A stretch of 64,000 nucleotides of DNA from an uncultured candidatus Porisulfidus sp. (lineage in GTDB: Bacteria; Pseudomonadota; Gammaproteobacteria; Poriferisulfidales; Oxydemutatoraceae): positions 736,001-800,000 of the forward strand of contig OZ244052.1 of the NCBI GenBank assembly GCA_965215125.1. The letters are read 5' to 3'. Shown here piece by piece: positions 22,023 through 30,342 of this stretch; within the stretch, counting starts at the first letter, position 1; each line of letters starts with the position of its first letter. A program made the position numbers and the translations under genes. The notes beneath the pieces are model-generated. The model was not told the origin of the DNA and ran no database searches. It worked only from the letters and a program-made list of their open reading frames with translations.

Positions 22023-23192
22023 ATGCTAAGCGATAAGTATAGAAACCTTCAATTAAAGATTAATTTCGAGTCGTTTTTGAGCAAACATCTTGACAGTGGC
22101 ATCGACACATTAAACTCCGTTTTCCGACCCGATGATTTTTTTGTTTCGCGAAACGACGAAGGGCTGGATATTTGGCTACGAGAAATTAATTTATCCTCTC
22201 TAGAGTGTCTTTTGACATCTCAAAAATCGGAACAAACAAAAGAGCTATTCAAATTAATTTATGACGAAGTATCGAAAATTCGAAGTTATGGAATCAAAGG
22301 AAACAAAAGATTATATGTCGGTTACAACAAGGAGCGTAAGGTCTCTCAGAGAAAAAACAAAGAAATCCGCAGAGGGAAGCATTATTATGCAAACGACAAT
22401 ACATTTGAAATACACTCAAATCAACTTCCGACTGAATACGAGAATCAAATCATTTGCGGAGATAGTCATAAAATCCTCAGAAAACTCCCCGACAATTGTA
22501 TCGACTTAGTATTCACCTCACCTCCCTACAATTTTGGATTAGACTACGAAACTTCGGACGATGCGATCGACTGGGATGGGTATTTTAATAAACTATTCGT
22601 AATCCTCGACGAATGCATACGGGTATTGAAATACGGCGGCAGATTAGTTATAAATGTGCAACCGTTATTTTCCGATTACATACCGAGCCATCACATAATC
22701 TCAACCCATTTGATGAATCGAAAAATGATTTGGAAAGGCGAGATTTTATGGGAAAAAAACAATTACAACTGCAAATATACCGCATGGGGCAGTTGGAAGA
22801 GCCCCTCAAGTCCGTATCTGAAATACACCTGGGAGTTCGTCGAAGTATTTTGCAAAGGAAGTCTGAAAAAAACCGGCAAGTCCTCCGATGCCGATATAGA
22901 CACAGACTCATTCAAGGAATGGGTTGTTGCAAAATGGTCCATTGCGCCTGAGCGTAATATGAGGAAATTTCAACATCCTGCTATGTATCCGGTTGAACTT
23001 GCAAGAAGAGTGATTCTGCTTTTTAGTTTTCGAAATGATATTGTTTTAGATCCATTCAATGGTGCCGGAACGACCTGTGTGGCAGCAAACGCTCACAACA
23101 GAACCTATTTAGGCATTGATGTGTCCCGAGAATACTGCGACATGTCAAAATCTCGATTATCAAGGCAAAATCCACTTTACCGGCTTCAATAA
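22023..23192 (+). CDS. Site-specific DNA amino-methyltransferase (beta-class order, probably N4-cytosine), orphan
   Basis: Catalytic TSPPY precedes HPAMYP and the SAM-binding DPFNGAGTT; no neighbouring endonuclease ORF. Confidence 0.88.
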   Translation: MLSDKYRNLQLKINFESFLSKHLDSGIDTLNSVFRPDDFFVSRNDEGLDIWLREINLSSLECLLTSQKSEQTKELFKLIYDEVSKIRSYGIKGNKRLYVGYNKERKVSQRKNKEIRRGKHYYANDNTFEIHSNQLPTEYENQIICGDSHKILRKLPDNCIDLVFTSPPYNFGLDYETSDDAIDWDGYFNKLFVILDECIRVLKYGGRLVINVQPLFSDYIPSHHIISTHLMNRKMIWKGEILWEKNNYNCKYTAWGSWKSPSSPYLKYTWEFVEVFCKGSLKKTGKSSDADIDTDSFKEWVVAKWSIAPERNMRKFQHPAMYPVELARRVILLFSFRNDIVLDPFNGAGTTCVAANAHNRTYLGIDVSREYCDMSKSRLSRQNPLYRLQ

Positions 23193-23260
23193 AACTGTTA
23201 CAGGTTTATTTAAGCAAAGTGCCATATCAATCTTTTTCATAATTCCCTGAAAATACGCGC

Positions 23261-24787
23261 TTATACACGCAATAATTTATCCAAAGTTCTGTATGCAATC
23301 GCCTCCAGCAAGTGGGGTTCTTCTATTGCTTCGCTAGCCGTTAGATCGGCAATCGTTCTGGCAACCTTCAGAATCCGGTAATACGCGCGGGCCGATAATT
23401 CCATTTTATCTATAAAACGCGTCAATAAATTCTGTTCCGCTTGCTTGAGCCTACAAAAATAGTCTATCTCTTTACCCTCCAATAGCGCATTGTTCTTGCC
23501 TTGCCTTTGTAATTGTATTTGCCAAGCCGATAATACACGTGCTTGTATTGCCGCACTGGTTTCACTGCGTGATGTGATCCGATTCAGCTTGCTCCATTGA
23601 ATACGCGGCACGCGTATATGTAAATCTATACGATCCAACATGGGAGACGAAAGTCTACGATAATAATGTATGAGCCTCTGCTCACTACAGTTGCAGCGAC
23701 CGTACTCATCTACATCGGAGCCGTCGGGGCAAGGGTTCATTGCCGCGATGAGTTGAAAACGGGCGGGGTATGTTACGCTTAAAGATGCACGGGCCAGGTT
23801 AATTGCACCGGTCTCTATAGGTTCGCGTAAGCCGTCTATGGCTTGACGGCTGAACTCGGTCAACTCATCTAAAAAAAGAACACCGTTGTGTGCCTTGGAT
23901 ATTTCACCCGGTTTGGGATGCGTGCCGCCACCGAGCAAAGCAGCTGCCGACGCGCTGTGATGCGGCGAGCGAAACGGTCGGAGATAAAAATTATTCGGTG
24001 TTAATGCTTCTGCCCCCAACGACATAATGGACGCGGTTTCTATTGCTTCATTTTTGTTCATCAACGGCAGAATAGTCGGGAAACGTTGCGCCAACATCGT
24101 CTTGCCACTGCCGGGAGACCCCATCATCAAGCAGTGATGACGACCGCTCGCAGCAATTTCCAATGCCCGTACGGCGTGACCTTGTGCGTGCACTTCGGAC
24201 ATATCACCGACATCGACTATCGTTGTGGCTTCCTTCAGAGGCGATACCGATTTCGGTTCATTTAGTTCGCTCAACCAGCGATACACTTCGATCAAATGCT
24301 CGGCACAATAGATTTGGGCTTGCGGCTGCGCGGATAAAATCAAGCCTGCTTCTCTTTCGTTGGCATGAGGGATAATCAGCCGTCGCTTTGCCTTGATGGC
24401 GGCGAGGATGATCGGAATAACACCTTTTACCGATAGCAGTTCACCGCTTAAACTGAGTTCGGATAAAAACTCGTAGCCGACTAGTTTCTCATGCTCTAAC
24501 TGACCGCTCGCAGCCAGTATGCCCAGCGCGATAGGCAGATCAAAACGCCCACCCTCTTTGGGTAAATCAGCAGGAGACAAATTAACCGTAACCCGTTGCT
24601 GAGGAAATTTGAATTGATTATGCGACAGTGCGGCGCGAACCCGATACTGACTTTCTTTAACCACCGTTTCGGGTAAGCCTACAATATGCATGCGCGGAAG
24701 TCCCGAAGCGATAAATACTTCTACCTTCACCGCGATTGCTTCAATCCCGCTACAGGTTCTGCTATGTACGATTGCAAGACGCATCAA
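23261..24787 (-). CDS. comM: YifB/ComM Mg-chelatase-like AAA+ ATPase
   Basis: IVGLPE, NLSPADLPKEGGRFDLPIALG, GSPGSGKTML, RSPHHSAS, AMNPCP. Confidence 0.92.
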   Translation of the reverse strand: MMRLAIVHSRTCSGIEAIAVKVEVFIASGLPRMHIVGLPETVVKESQYRVRAALSHNQFKFPQQRVTVNLSPADLPKEGGRFDLPIALGILAASGQLEHEKLVGYEFLSELSLSGELLSVKGVIPIILAAIKAKRRLIIPHANEREAGLILSAQPQAQIYCAEHLIEVYRWLSELNEPKSVSPLKEATTIVDVGDMSEVHAQGHAVRALEIAASGRHHCLMMGSPGSGKTMLAQRFPTILPLMNKNEAIETASIMSLGAEALTPNNFYLRPFRSPHHSASAAALLGGGTHPKPGEISKAHNGVLFLDELTEFSRQAIDGLREPIETGAINLARASLSVTYPARFQLIAAMNPCPDGSDVDEYGRCNCSEQRLIHYYRRLSSPMLDRIDLHIRVPRIQWSKLNRITSRSETSAAIQARVLSAWQIQLQRQGKNNALLEGKEIDYFCRLKQAEQNLLTRFIDKMELSARAYYRILKVARTIADLTASEAIEEPHLLEAIAYRTLDKLLRV

Positions 24788-24930
24788 ATTATTCTCCGTA
24801 AATGTACTAGAATAATTTGAAGTCAGGGCAATGGCCGTTATTTCCGATAAAATCGCCCGATTAACCGACGAGCGACAGGAAATCGGTGCAATACCAGTAC
24901 CGACACTACATTTGTGCAGATATTTTCACG

Positions 24931-25137
24931 ACCACCCCATGAAAAGGTTTTACATTTTGTAATATGTACTAAGATTCTGCACAACGTTACGCCGATTGAC
25001 CTACTGGCTCAATCGGCGGTTCTATTGCGCCTGCCACCCCTCCGAAGGAGGGGAATGTACCGATACTATACTTGTGCAGGCACTTCTGCGACCACCCCGT
25101 CAGGCTACGCCTGCCACCCCTCCAGAGGAGGGGGATT
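24931..25137. repeat. Two tandem units of the dispersed repeat, the first carrying the hairpin insertion
   Basis: accaccccatgaaaagg...cgcctgccacccctccgaaggaggggaat (24931-25056) and accaccccgtcaggctacgcctgccacccctccagaggaggggga (from 25091). Confidence 0.9.
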
Positions 25138-25161
25138 ACCTCCGCTGATAGCATGGTAGGG

Positions 25162-25395
25162 CTACCGTTCGGCTTCGGCAATCCGTTTCTCTAAGTCTTC
25201 AACTTGTTTGAGTAAGCGATGCAACAACGCGACTTGTGCGTCGTATTCTTCGCGACTGACTAGATTCATCTTTTTAATCAATGCCTCCAACCCCAGCCGT
25301 ATGCCCTGCTCTACTTCTTTGCGCGCATCGCCGACGAAAGGTGGCAAACCTTTTATAATCTCCTGCACCAGTTGATTGATCTCTTCCTTTTTCAT
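25162..25395 (-). CDS. ubiK: Ubiquinone biosynthesis accessory factor UbiK (YqiC)
   Basis: MNLVSREEYDAQVALL...LEKRI; ubiK-comM synteny. Confidence 0.85.
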   Translation of the reverse strand: MKKEEINQLVQEIIKGLPPFVGDARKEVEQGIRLGLEALIKKMNLVSREEYDAQVALLHRLLKQVEDLEKRIAEAER

Positions 25396-25438
25396 GGATT
25401 ATCGTGGGTATTTATTTTGCGCGTAGTGCCGGGTCTAA

Positions 25439-26530
25439 TCAATGCCGAGTACTGGAAAAATCAATCATTCTCTGGGTTGAGCACAGTGCTTTGCGCCGTA
25501 TTGTCTCGGGAATTTTAACCTCGTTATCAAGTTTATCCAAGGTTTGTTGTAGATTATCCAATCCGTTCATTGCCATCCACGGACAGTGTGCGCAGCTTTT
25601 ACAGGTTGCACCCTCTCCTGCGGTCGGGGCTTCGATGAATTCTTTATTTTTCGCAAGTTGCCTCATTTTATAGAAAATGCGGTTGTCGGTTGCGACGATA
25701 AAACGCTTGTTCGGCAATTCCACGGCAGCCTTGATCAACGCACTGGTAGAACCGACCGCATCGGCTATTTCAATCACCGCTTCGGGAGATTCAGGATGCA
25801 CAAGCACCGCAGCATCGGGATAACGCGCCTTTAACTCTAATACGCCGCTATACTTAAACTCCTCGTGCACGACGCAGCTACCTTGCCACAACAACATGTC
25901 GGCACCGCTTACCTTTTGAATATAACGACCTAAATACCTATCGGGTGCCCAAATAATTTTCTCGTCCTGATCCATCAAATGAGAAATAATCTGCACTGCG
26001 TTGCTGGAGGTGACCACCCAATCGGCAAGTGCCTTGACTTCGGCACTCGTGTTTGCATAAACAACGACTACCCGCTCCGGATGCTGCTTACAAAACGACG
26101 CGAATTGATCGGCAGGGCAACTCAGATCCAACGAACAAGTGGCCTCGAGCGTAGGCATCAACACTCGTTTTTCGGGGTTGAGAATCTTTGCGGTCTCACC
26201 CATGAAACGGACACCCGCAACAACCAAAGTTTCGGATTCGGTGTTTTGACCGAATTTTGCCATCTCCAAAGAATCTCCGACAAAACCACCCGTTTTCTCT
26301 GCCAATTCCTGTATGTCCTCGTGTACATAATAATGGGCAATCAAAGTCGCATTTAGCCTACGAAGTTTCTCGGCGATATATACAAGTCTCAATTCCCGCT
26401 CGCGACCATGATACTCGGGTATAAGCGTACATATATCGGCGGTTATCGGGGCTTTAACCGCAGCTACTTTGGGCATATACCGTATTGCTTGTGATTCAGC
26501 AGAAATCATAATTTCGTATTTCCATAGCAA
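25439..26530 (-). CDS. nadA: Quinolinate synthase (true start probably ATG 26509 or 26476)
   Basis: [40 protein letters not shown]. Confidence 0.97.
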   Translation of the reverse strand: MLWKYEIMISAESQAIRYMPKVAAVKAPITADICTLIPEYHGRERELRLVYIAEKLRRLNATLIAHYYVHEDIQELAEKTGGFVGDSLEMAKFGQNTESETLVVAGVRFMGETAKILNPEKRVLMPTLEATCSLDLSCPADQFASFCKQHPERVVVVYANTSAEVKALADWVVTSSNAVQIISHLMDQDEKIIWAPDRYLGRYIQKVSGADMLLWQGSCVVHEEFKYSGVLELKARYPDAAVLVHPESPEAVIEIADAVGSTSALIKAAVELPNKRFIVATDNRIFYKMRQLAKNKEFIEAPTAGEGATCKSCAHCPWMAMNGLDNLQQTLDKLDNEVKIPETIRRKALCSTQRMIDFSSTRH

Positions 26531-26586
26531 TTACATCAGGGAATAGTTATACATAATACCATATCATGGTACGGAGATACACAGAA

Positions 26587-27099
26587 CTAACCGGCACGCC
26601 GGGTTGTACGCGAAGGAATAGTTCTTTGAATTATGGTTTGCTCTTTGCCCGATAATGCCTGCCATTTGAGTTTTATCAGAAAATACTGTCCCGAACGATT
26701 GATGGTCAATTTTCCTTGAGGAAACAACGGCTTTGTAATACCGAACCGCCGACACTGTGTAGATTTTATTGCTGTCTTGCAACCCCATAAAGCCAACGCA
26801 AAGCCGGCGAACTCCCGAGGATTGCACTTTTTAGAGAAACAGTTAGAAGCACCGACACCGGAATTACCGCTACTTAGATAGTATTCGGGGTGCGGACTGG
26901 CGTATAACACTGCAGAAATTTCATTTAGCAACAGACGCGCTTGTAATGAGCGTATTAGTTCTCTCTCGGTGGACAAATTTTTCTGTTGTAACTGCGCAAA
27001 TCCTAATAACGCGATAACCGAGATTGCCAAAGCAAACAAAAGTTCTATCAAGCTAAATCCCGAACACGCGAAACGACGATGAGAACGAGAGTATCGCAT
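26587..27099 (-). CDS. pilV: Type IV minor pilin, PilV-like
   Basis: Prepilin motif GFSLIELL; C-x4-C region; follows a fimT-like gene. Confidence 0.7.
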   Translation of the reverse strand: MRYSRSHRRFACSGFSLIELLFALAISVIALLGFAQLQQKNLSTERELIRSLQARLLLNEISAVLYASPHPEYYLSSGNSGVGASNCFSKKCNPREFAGFALALWGCKTAIKSTQCRRFGITKPLFPQGKLTINRSGQYFLIKLKWQALSGKEQTIIQRTIPSRTTRRAG

Positions 27100-27102
27100 C
27101 GT

Positions 27103-27657
27103 TCAAGACGAACAGTTACCGACATCGGAGGACCGACCGTCGTTTTGATATTGCACCAAACGCACTCTGCCGCTTTGACTGATGACAAGCTCCGAAATGA
27201 CCTGCGTTGATGATCCTGAACAAAGAATAAAACGTCCGTTGTAATTCGCTTTGCCGAAACGATTATAAGTAATGAATCGTGAGAAAGTTTTTGAGCGTAT
27301 GGCAATGTCTCGGCTATCGCCTTGTTGCACGATCAAAAGACGCTCGCCGCGATCCAATTCTCCATTGACAGAATCGGGATGCTCGATAAAAACAAGCCAA
27401 CCTTTTTCGTAAGATATCCCTGCACAATGCGCGCCATCCTCACTACTGCAAATCGTAGTCGCACTGCCGCTGACCATCGCATAGCTACGCGCAAACTCTA
27501 AGGCTTCCCAAAACCGATGCGTATAATGCATAAATCTATTCTGCTTAACCCAGTAAGCAGGCAATGCCAAAACCGAGACTAACAACAAACCGCTAATCGC
27601 CAGCGTAAGCAACAACTCAATCAATGTGAAACCTGCAGTGTCATTTTTTCTATTCAT
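27103..27657 (-). CDS. fimT: GspH/FimT-family minor pilin
   Basis: GFTLIELL, ARSYAM, TICSS, GWLVF, ISQSGRVR. Confidence 0.8.
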   Translation of the reverse strand: MNRKNDTAGFTLIELLLTLAISGLLLVSVLALPAYWVKQNRFMHYTHRFWEALEFARSYAMVSGSATTICSSEDGAHCAGISYEKGWLVFIEHPDSVNGELDRGERLLIVQQGDSRDIAIRSKTFSRFITYNRFGKANYNGRFILCSGSSTQVISELVISQSGRVRLVQYQNDGRSSDVGNCSS

Positions 27658-27699
27658 ATTGCCATATTAGACGGCGCAAATAGACACAAAAAATTTATC

Positions 27700-27731
27700 C
27701 GACCAACAAGCCTAAATAAGCGATAAACAAG
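27700..27731 (-). promoter_or_regulatory. Possible LytTR-type tandem direct-repeat site upstream of fimT
   Basis: cgaccaacaag (27700-27710) and cgataaacaag (27721-27731), 21-bp period. Confidence 0.3.
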
Positions 27732-27786
27732 ATTGGGAGCAAATTGCTAGGAATACTATCACTGTACTTGTGCAGAATGCGCGGCA

Positions 27787-27827
27787 ACCACCCCGTCAGG
27801 CTGCGCCTGCCGCCCTAAGGGCAGACA
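27787..27827. repeat. Left half of the repeat/REP interrupted by IS110
   Basis: accaccccgtcaggctgcgcctgccgccctaagggcagaCA; joining it to 30300 restores gggcagacatgccagtccgcccctac. Confidence 0.85.
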
Positions 27828-27844
27828 GATATATTAAACCCTGG

Positions 27845-28043
27845 CTTATTTGATATAAGATAAACGCTTAGGCAGATGCAGTGCCTAGGAAGTCGGAGGA
27901 GACACGCTGCAGGACGGACGAGGCATTAAAGCCTGATGGTATGAAAAGCACTCCTCCGGCGTTATGACTATAGAGCTCGAAAGGCAGCTTGGGACTTTAG
28001 ATCTCGTATTCATCTGTTTGGGCGGCGTAGTCATACTTTCCTA
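27845..28043 (+). ncRNA. Predicted IS110 bridge RNA (5' hairpin, target-binding loop, donor-binding loop); ends approximate
   Basis: Stems taggca/tgccta (27869-27887), gtcggaggag/ctcctccggc (27892-27960), tatgacta/tagtcata (27963-28035). Loop segments ggacggac and ggtatg match the target; aaggcagc and atctg match the donor junction. Confidence 0.8.
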
Positions 28044-28727
28044 AACTGTGTTTGATACCTAGTATTTCATTCATTAACCAACCCTTATGGAGTAATTTAT
28101 TATGGAAAACAAACAACCCGTCACGATTGGCGTTGATGTCTCTAAAGACACTTTAGAGGCGGCTCTATTATTCACTGATAATAGTTTTGCCGAGCAACAA
28201 TTTAGTAGTGATGCCCAAGGCATCAAACAGTTGTTAGCTTGGACGAGCAAACACCGCGCACAGCAGTGTCGCATCTGTGTTGAGGCGACCGGCGGTCTTG
28301 AACTAGACCTGTGCATGGCCGGCTATGATGCCGGGCATCCAATCATCGTGGCAGCACCGGTGCTGATCGCTAGATTCCGCGACTCGCTCGGCATACGCAG
28401 TAAAACCGATCGCGTGGATGCGCGTATCATCGCACGCTTCGTATTTGCTATCCCGCCTGAAAACAATTGGCAAAAGCCCTCACCGGCTGTGCAAGCTTTG
28501 CGCGACGCACTGAAATGGCGCAGGGAATTAGTCAAGTGTTGTACGATGTTAAGCAATTGCGCTAATACCCTGCGCGATGCGAAGCAAAAAAAGGTGGCAG
28601 CCACTAGCCTGAAGAACCATGAGAAGCAGATCAATAAGATTAATGCCTCAATGGACAAAATCATCGCTCAAGACGAGCACCTCACACAGCTTCACCAGTT
28701 GCTGTGTTCCATTCCTGGAATCGGGAC

Positions 28728-29831
28728 TCAAACTGCGGCTGCCCTGTGTGCAGTACTGGATGATAATACGTTTCGCCATCCAAAGCAACTCGCTGTACGA
28801 TGCCATGACATATTGGACAAATGGGGACAAAAGGAAGCAAGCTGTTGTGCCGGTGTTTTATAGGCTAGACTTTGGTGCGGTCTCCTGAAGTTATACCGCC
28901 CGAGATACTCAAATAATACGTCGTTAAATTGTGCTAAATCGGTCACTAAAATATCCTCATGATGTGCTACAAACTCCTCCTGAATGGTACGGTTAAATCT
29001 CTCGTCTATGGCATTCATTTTCGGGCAACGAGGATAAGTATAACAGTGTTTAATGTTGTGTCGTTGTAGATAAGCCTCGAAGTCGCCGGCAAACTCGCTC
29101 CCGTTGTCGGTCAGTACTTGAGAGAGGTTGCCGGGGAATACCGTGTCCACCAATCTTGCGAATGTCGCAGCATTTTTACTGTGGGCGCGTCGGCAGGTAA
29201 TGGCAACGGCAAAACGGCTGTAGTGGTCAATCGCAGTGAACAGATAATAGCGTGTTCGATTAACGAAATAATGGATAGTATCCATAGCCACGCAGTGTCC
29301 GGGAAATTGCGCTTTGGCATCTTTGCTGAGACGGTTGCGTGGTTGAGAAGTCTTGCATTTGTGTTTTCTTTTAGAGAGTTTAGGGGGCGAACAGCGCATG
29401 TTGTCGGATGCATCGGCAATCAACCGTGCAATGGTGCGCGGCTTCGGACACTGCAGTTCGCGTGCATCACACCACGGCTTTAAGAAGTAATAAATCTTCG
29501 GCGCACCCATATTCGGATAGCTGTGTCGCAGTCGCCTAATCTCATCGCTGATGTGAGTAGACCAATTACGGCGACGATGCTGCCGAGGTGCTTTACTTGC
29601 GTCTCGCAAAGCGGATACACCGCCCTCGTCAAAGCACTTTTTCCAGCGGTATAGGGTGGAACGGCTCACCCCGACAAAGTCTTGGGTTGCGTTTAAGCCG
29701 TGTTTGTTCCAAAATTCTAATGCATTAAGTTTTTGTTTGGCATCTGTTGCCATCATAGCCTCCGTTTTGTTGGAAAAAGAGGCTATTTTATAAAAACCTG
29801 TAATGCGGTAGCCGATGTGCTGGTTTTGCAT
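28728..29831 (-). CDS. DDE (rve integrase core) transposase of IS481-like copy 1; ORF runs past the element end
   Basis: HTH GVSRSTLYRW; DT, TAIDHYSR, TDNGSEF, ERFNRTIQEEF, YNFRRPHQSL. Confidence 0.9.
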   Translation of the reverse strand: MQNQHIGYRITGFYKIASFSNKTEAMMATDAKQKLNALEFWNKHGLNATQDFVGVSRSTLYRWKKCFDEGGVSALRDASKAPRQHRRRNWSTHISDEIRRLRHSYPNMGAPKIYYFLKPWCDARELQCPKPRTIARLIADASDNMRCSPPKLSKRKHKCKTSQPRNRLSKDAKAQFPGHCVAMDTIHYFVNRTRYYLFTAIDHYSRFAVAITCRRAHSKNAATFARLVDTVFPGNLSQVLTDNGSEFAGDFEAYLQRHNIKHCYTYPRCPKMNAIDERFNRTIQEEFVAHHEDILVTDLAQFNDVLFEYLGRYNFRRPHQSLAYKTPAQQLASFCPHLSNMSWHRTASCFGWRNVLSSSTAHRAAAV

Positions 29832-29934
29832 GTCGGCTACTTTGATTTAAGAGGTATTTTTCCACTAGGAAAAGTACTTTTCCTAGTGGAAAGATTAGGT
29901 TCTAAAGAGTCCAATATGTATCTGGCATTGTACA
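28794..29934 (-). mobile_element. IS481-like insertion sequence, copy 1 (1141 bp)
   Basis: Imperfect TIRs tgtacgatgccatgacatattggac / gtccaatatgtatctggcattgtaca; direct repeat ctcgc on both sides. Confidence 0.9.
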
Positions 29935-30299
29935 CTCGCCGCCTATATCGGCATCACGCCCAAGCACAAGCAATCCGGCAACTGCGCATCGCCCACGCCC
30001 ATCTCTAAACAGGGCAATGCCGACCTGCGCACCCTCCTATTTATGGCAGCACTCTCGGCACGTCGGCATAACCTAACCATCCGTGCATTTGCCGACCAAT
30101 TAAGTCGGCGGCGTCCGGAGTTAACTAAAAAGCAGATTATTGTTGCTTGCGCTCATAAGCTCACGCGTATTATTTATGGGGTCACCACGCACAAGCAACC
30201 GTTTGACACGAATTATTGTTGAGCATTTGCGTCCTAAATCGATACTCACAAAAGGAGATAAAAAATGAATAAAACGGCTTGATTTTTAATAAGGCATCA

Positions 30300-30334
30300 T
30301 GCCAGTCCGCCCCTACAAAGGAGGGAAATGTACC
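30300..30334. repeat. Right half of the REP/repeat interrupted by IS110
   Basis: tgccagtccgcccctacaaaggagggaaatgtacc; REP right arm as at 19176-19192, plus the core-module tail. Confidence 0.85.
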
Positions 30335-30342
30335 ATCATTAG

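Larger units (their letters stand above)
28102..30222 (+). pseudogene. IS110 DEDD recombinase interrupted by an IS481-like element
   Basis: GVDVSK, CVEATG, KTDRVDA, SIPGIG. Removing the insert and one duplication copy (joining 28793 to 29940) restores HPKQLAAYIGITPKHKQSG...ACAHKL to TGA at 30220-30222, 324 aa. Confidence 0.92.
27828..30299 (+). mobile_element. IS110-family element inserted at a CA core in a REP hairpin; carries a nested IS481-like element
   Basis: CA at both junctions (27826-27827 and 30298-30299); no TIR or TSD; DEDD recombinase; long left non-coding end. Confidence 0.9.

Noticed and set aside
28102-28863. 253-aa ORF as a complete short IS110 protein (likewise 42877-44265 as a complete sulfatase)
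   Set aside because: Their C-termini are read from the IS481 end, and the genuine continuations resume after the insertion.
29733-30008. Plus-strand ORFs starting inside IS481 (also 45110-45454, 29118-29483)
   Set aside because: They are antisense shadows of the transposase that run into differing flanks, with no coding evidence.
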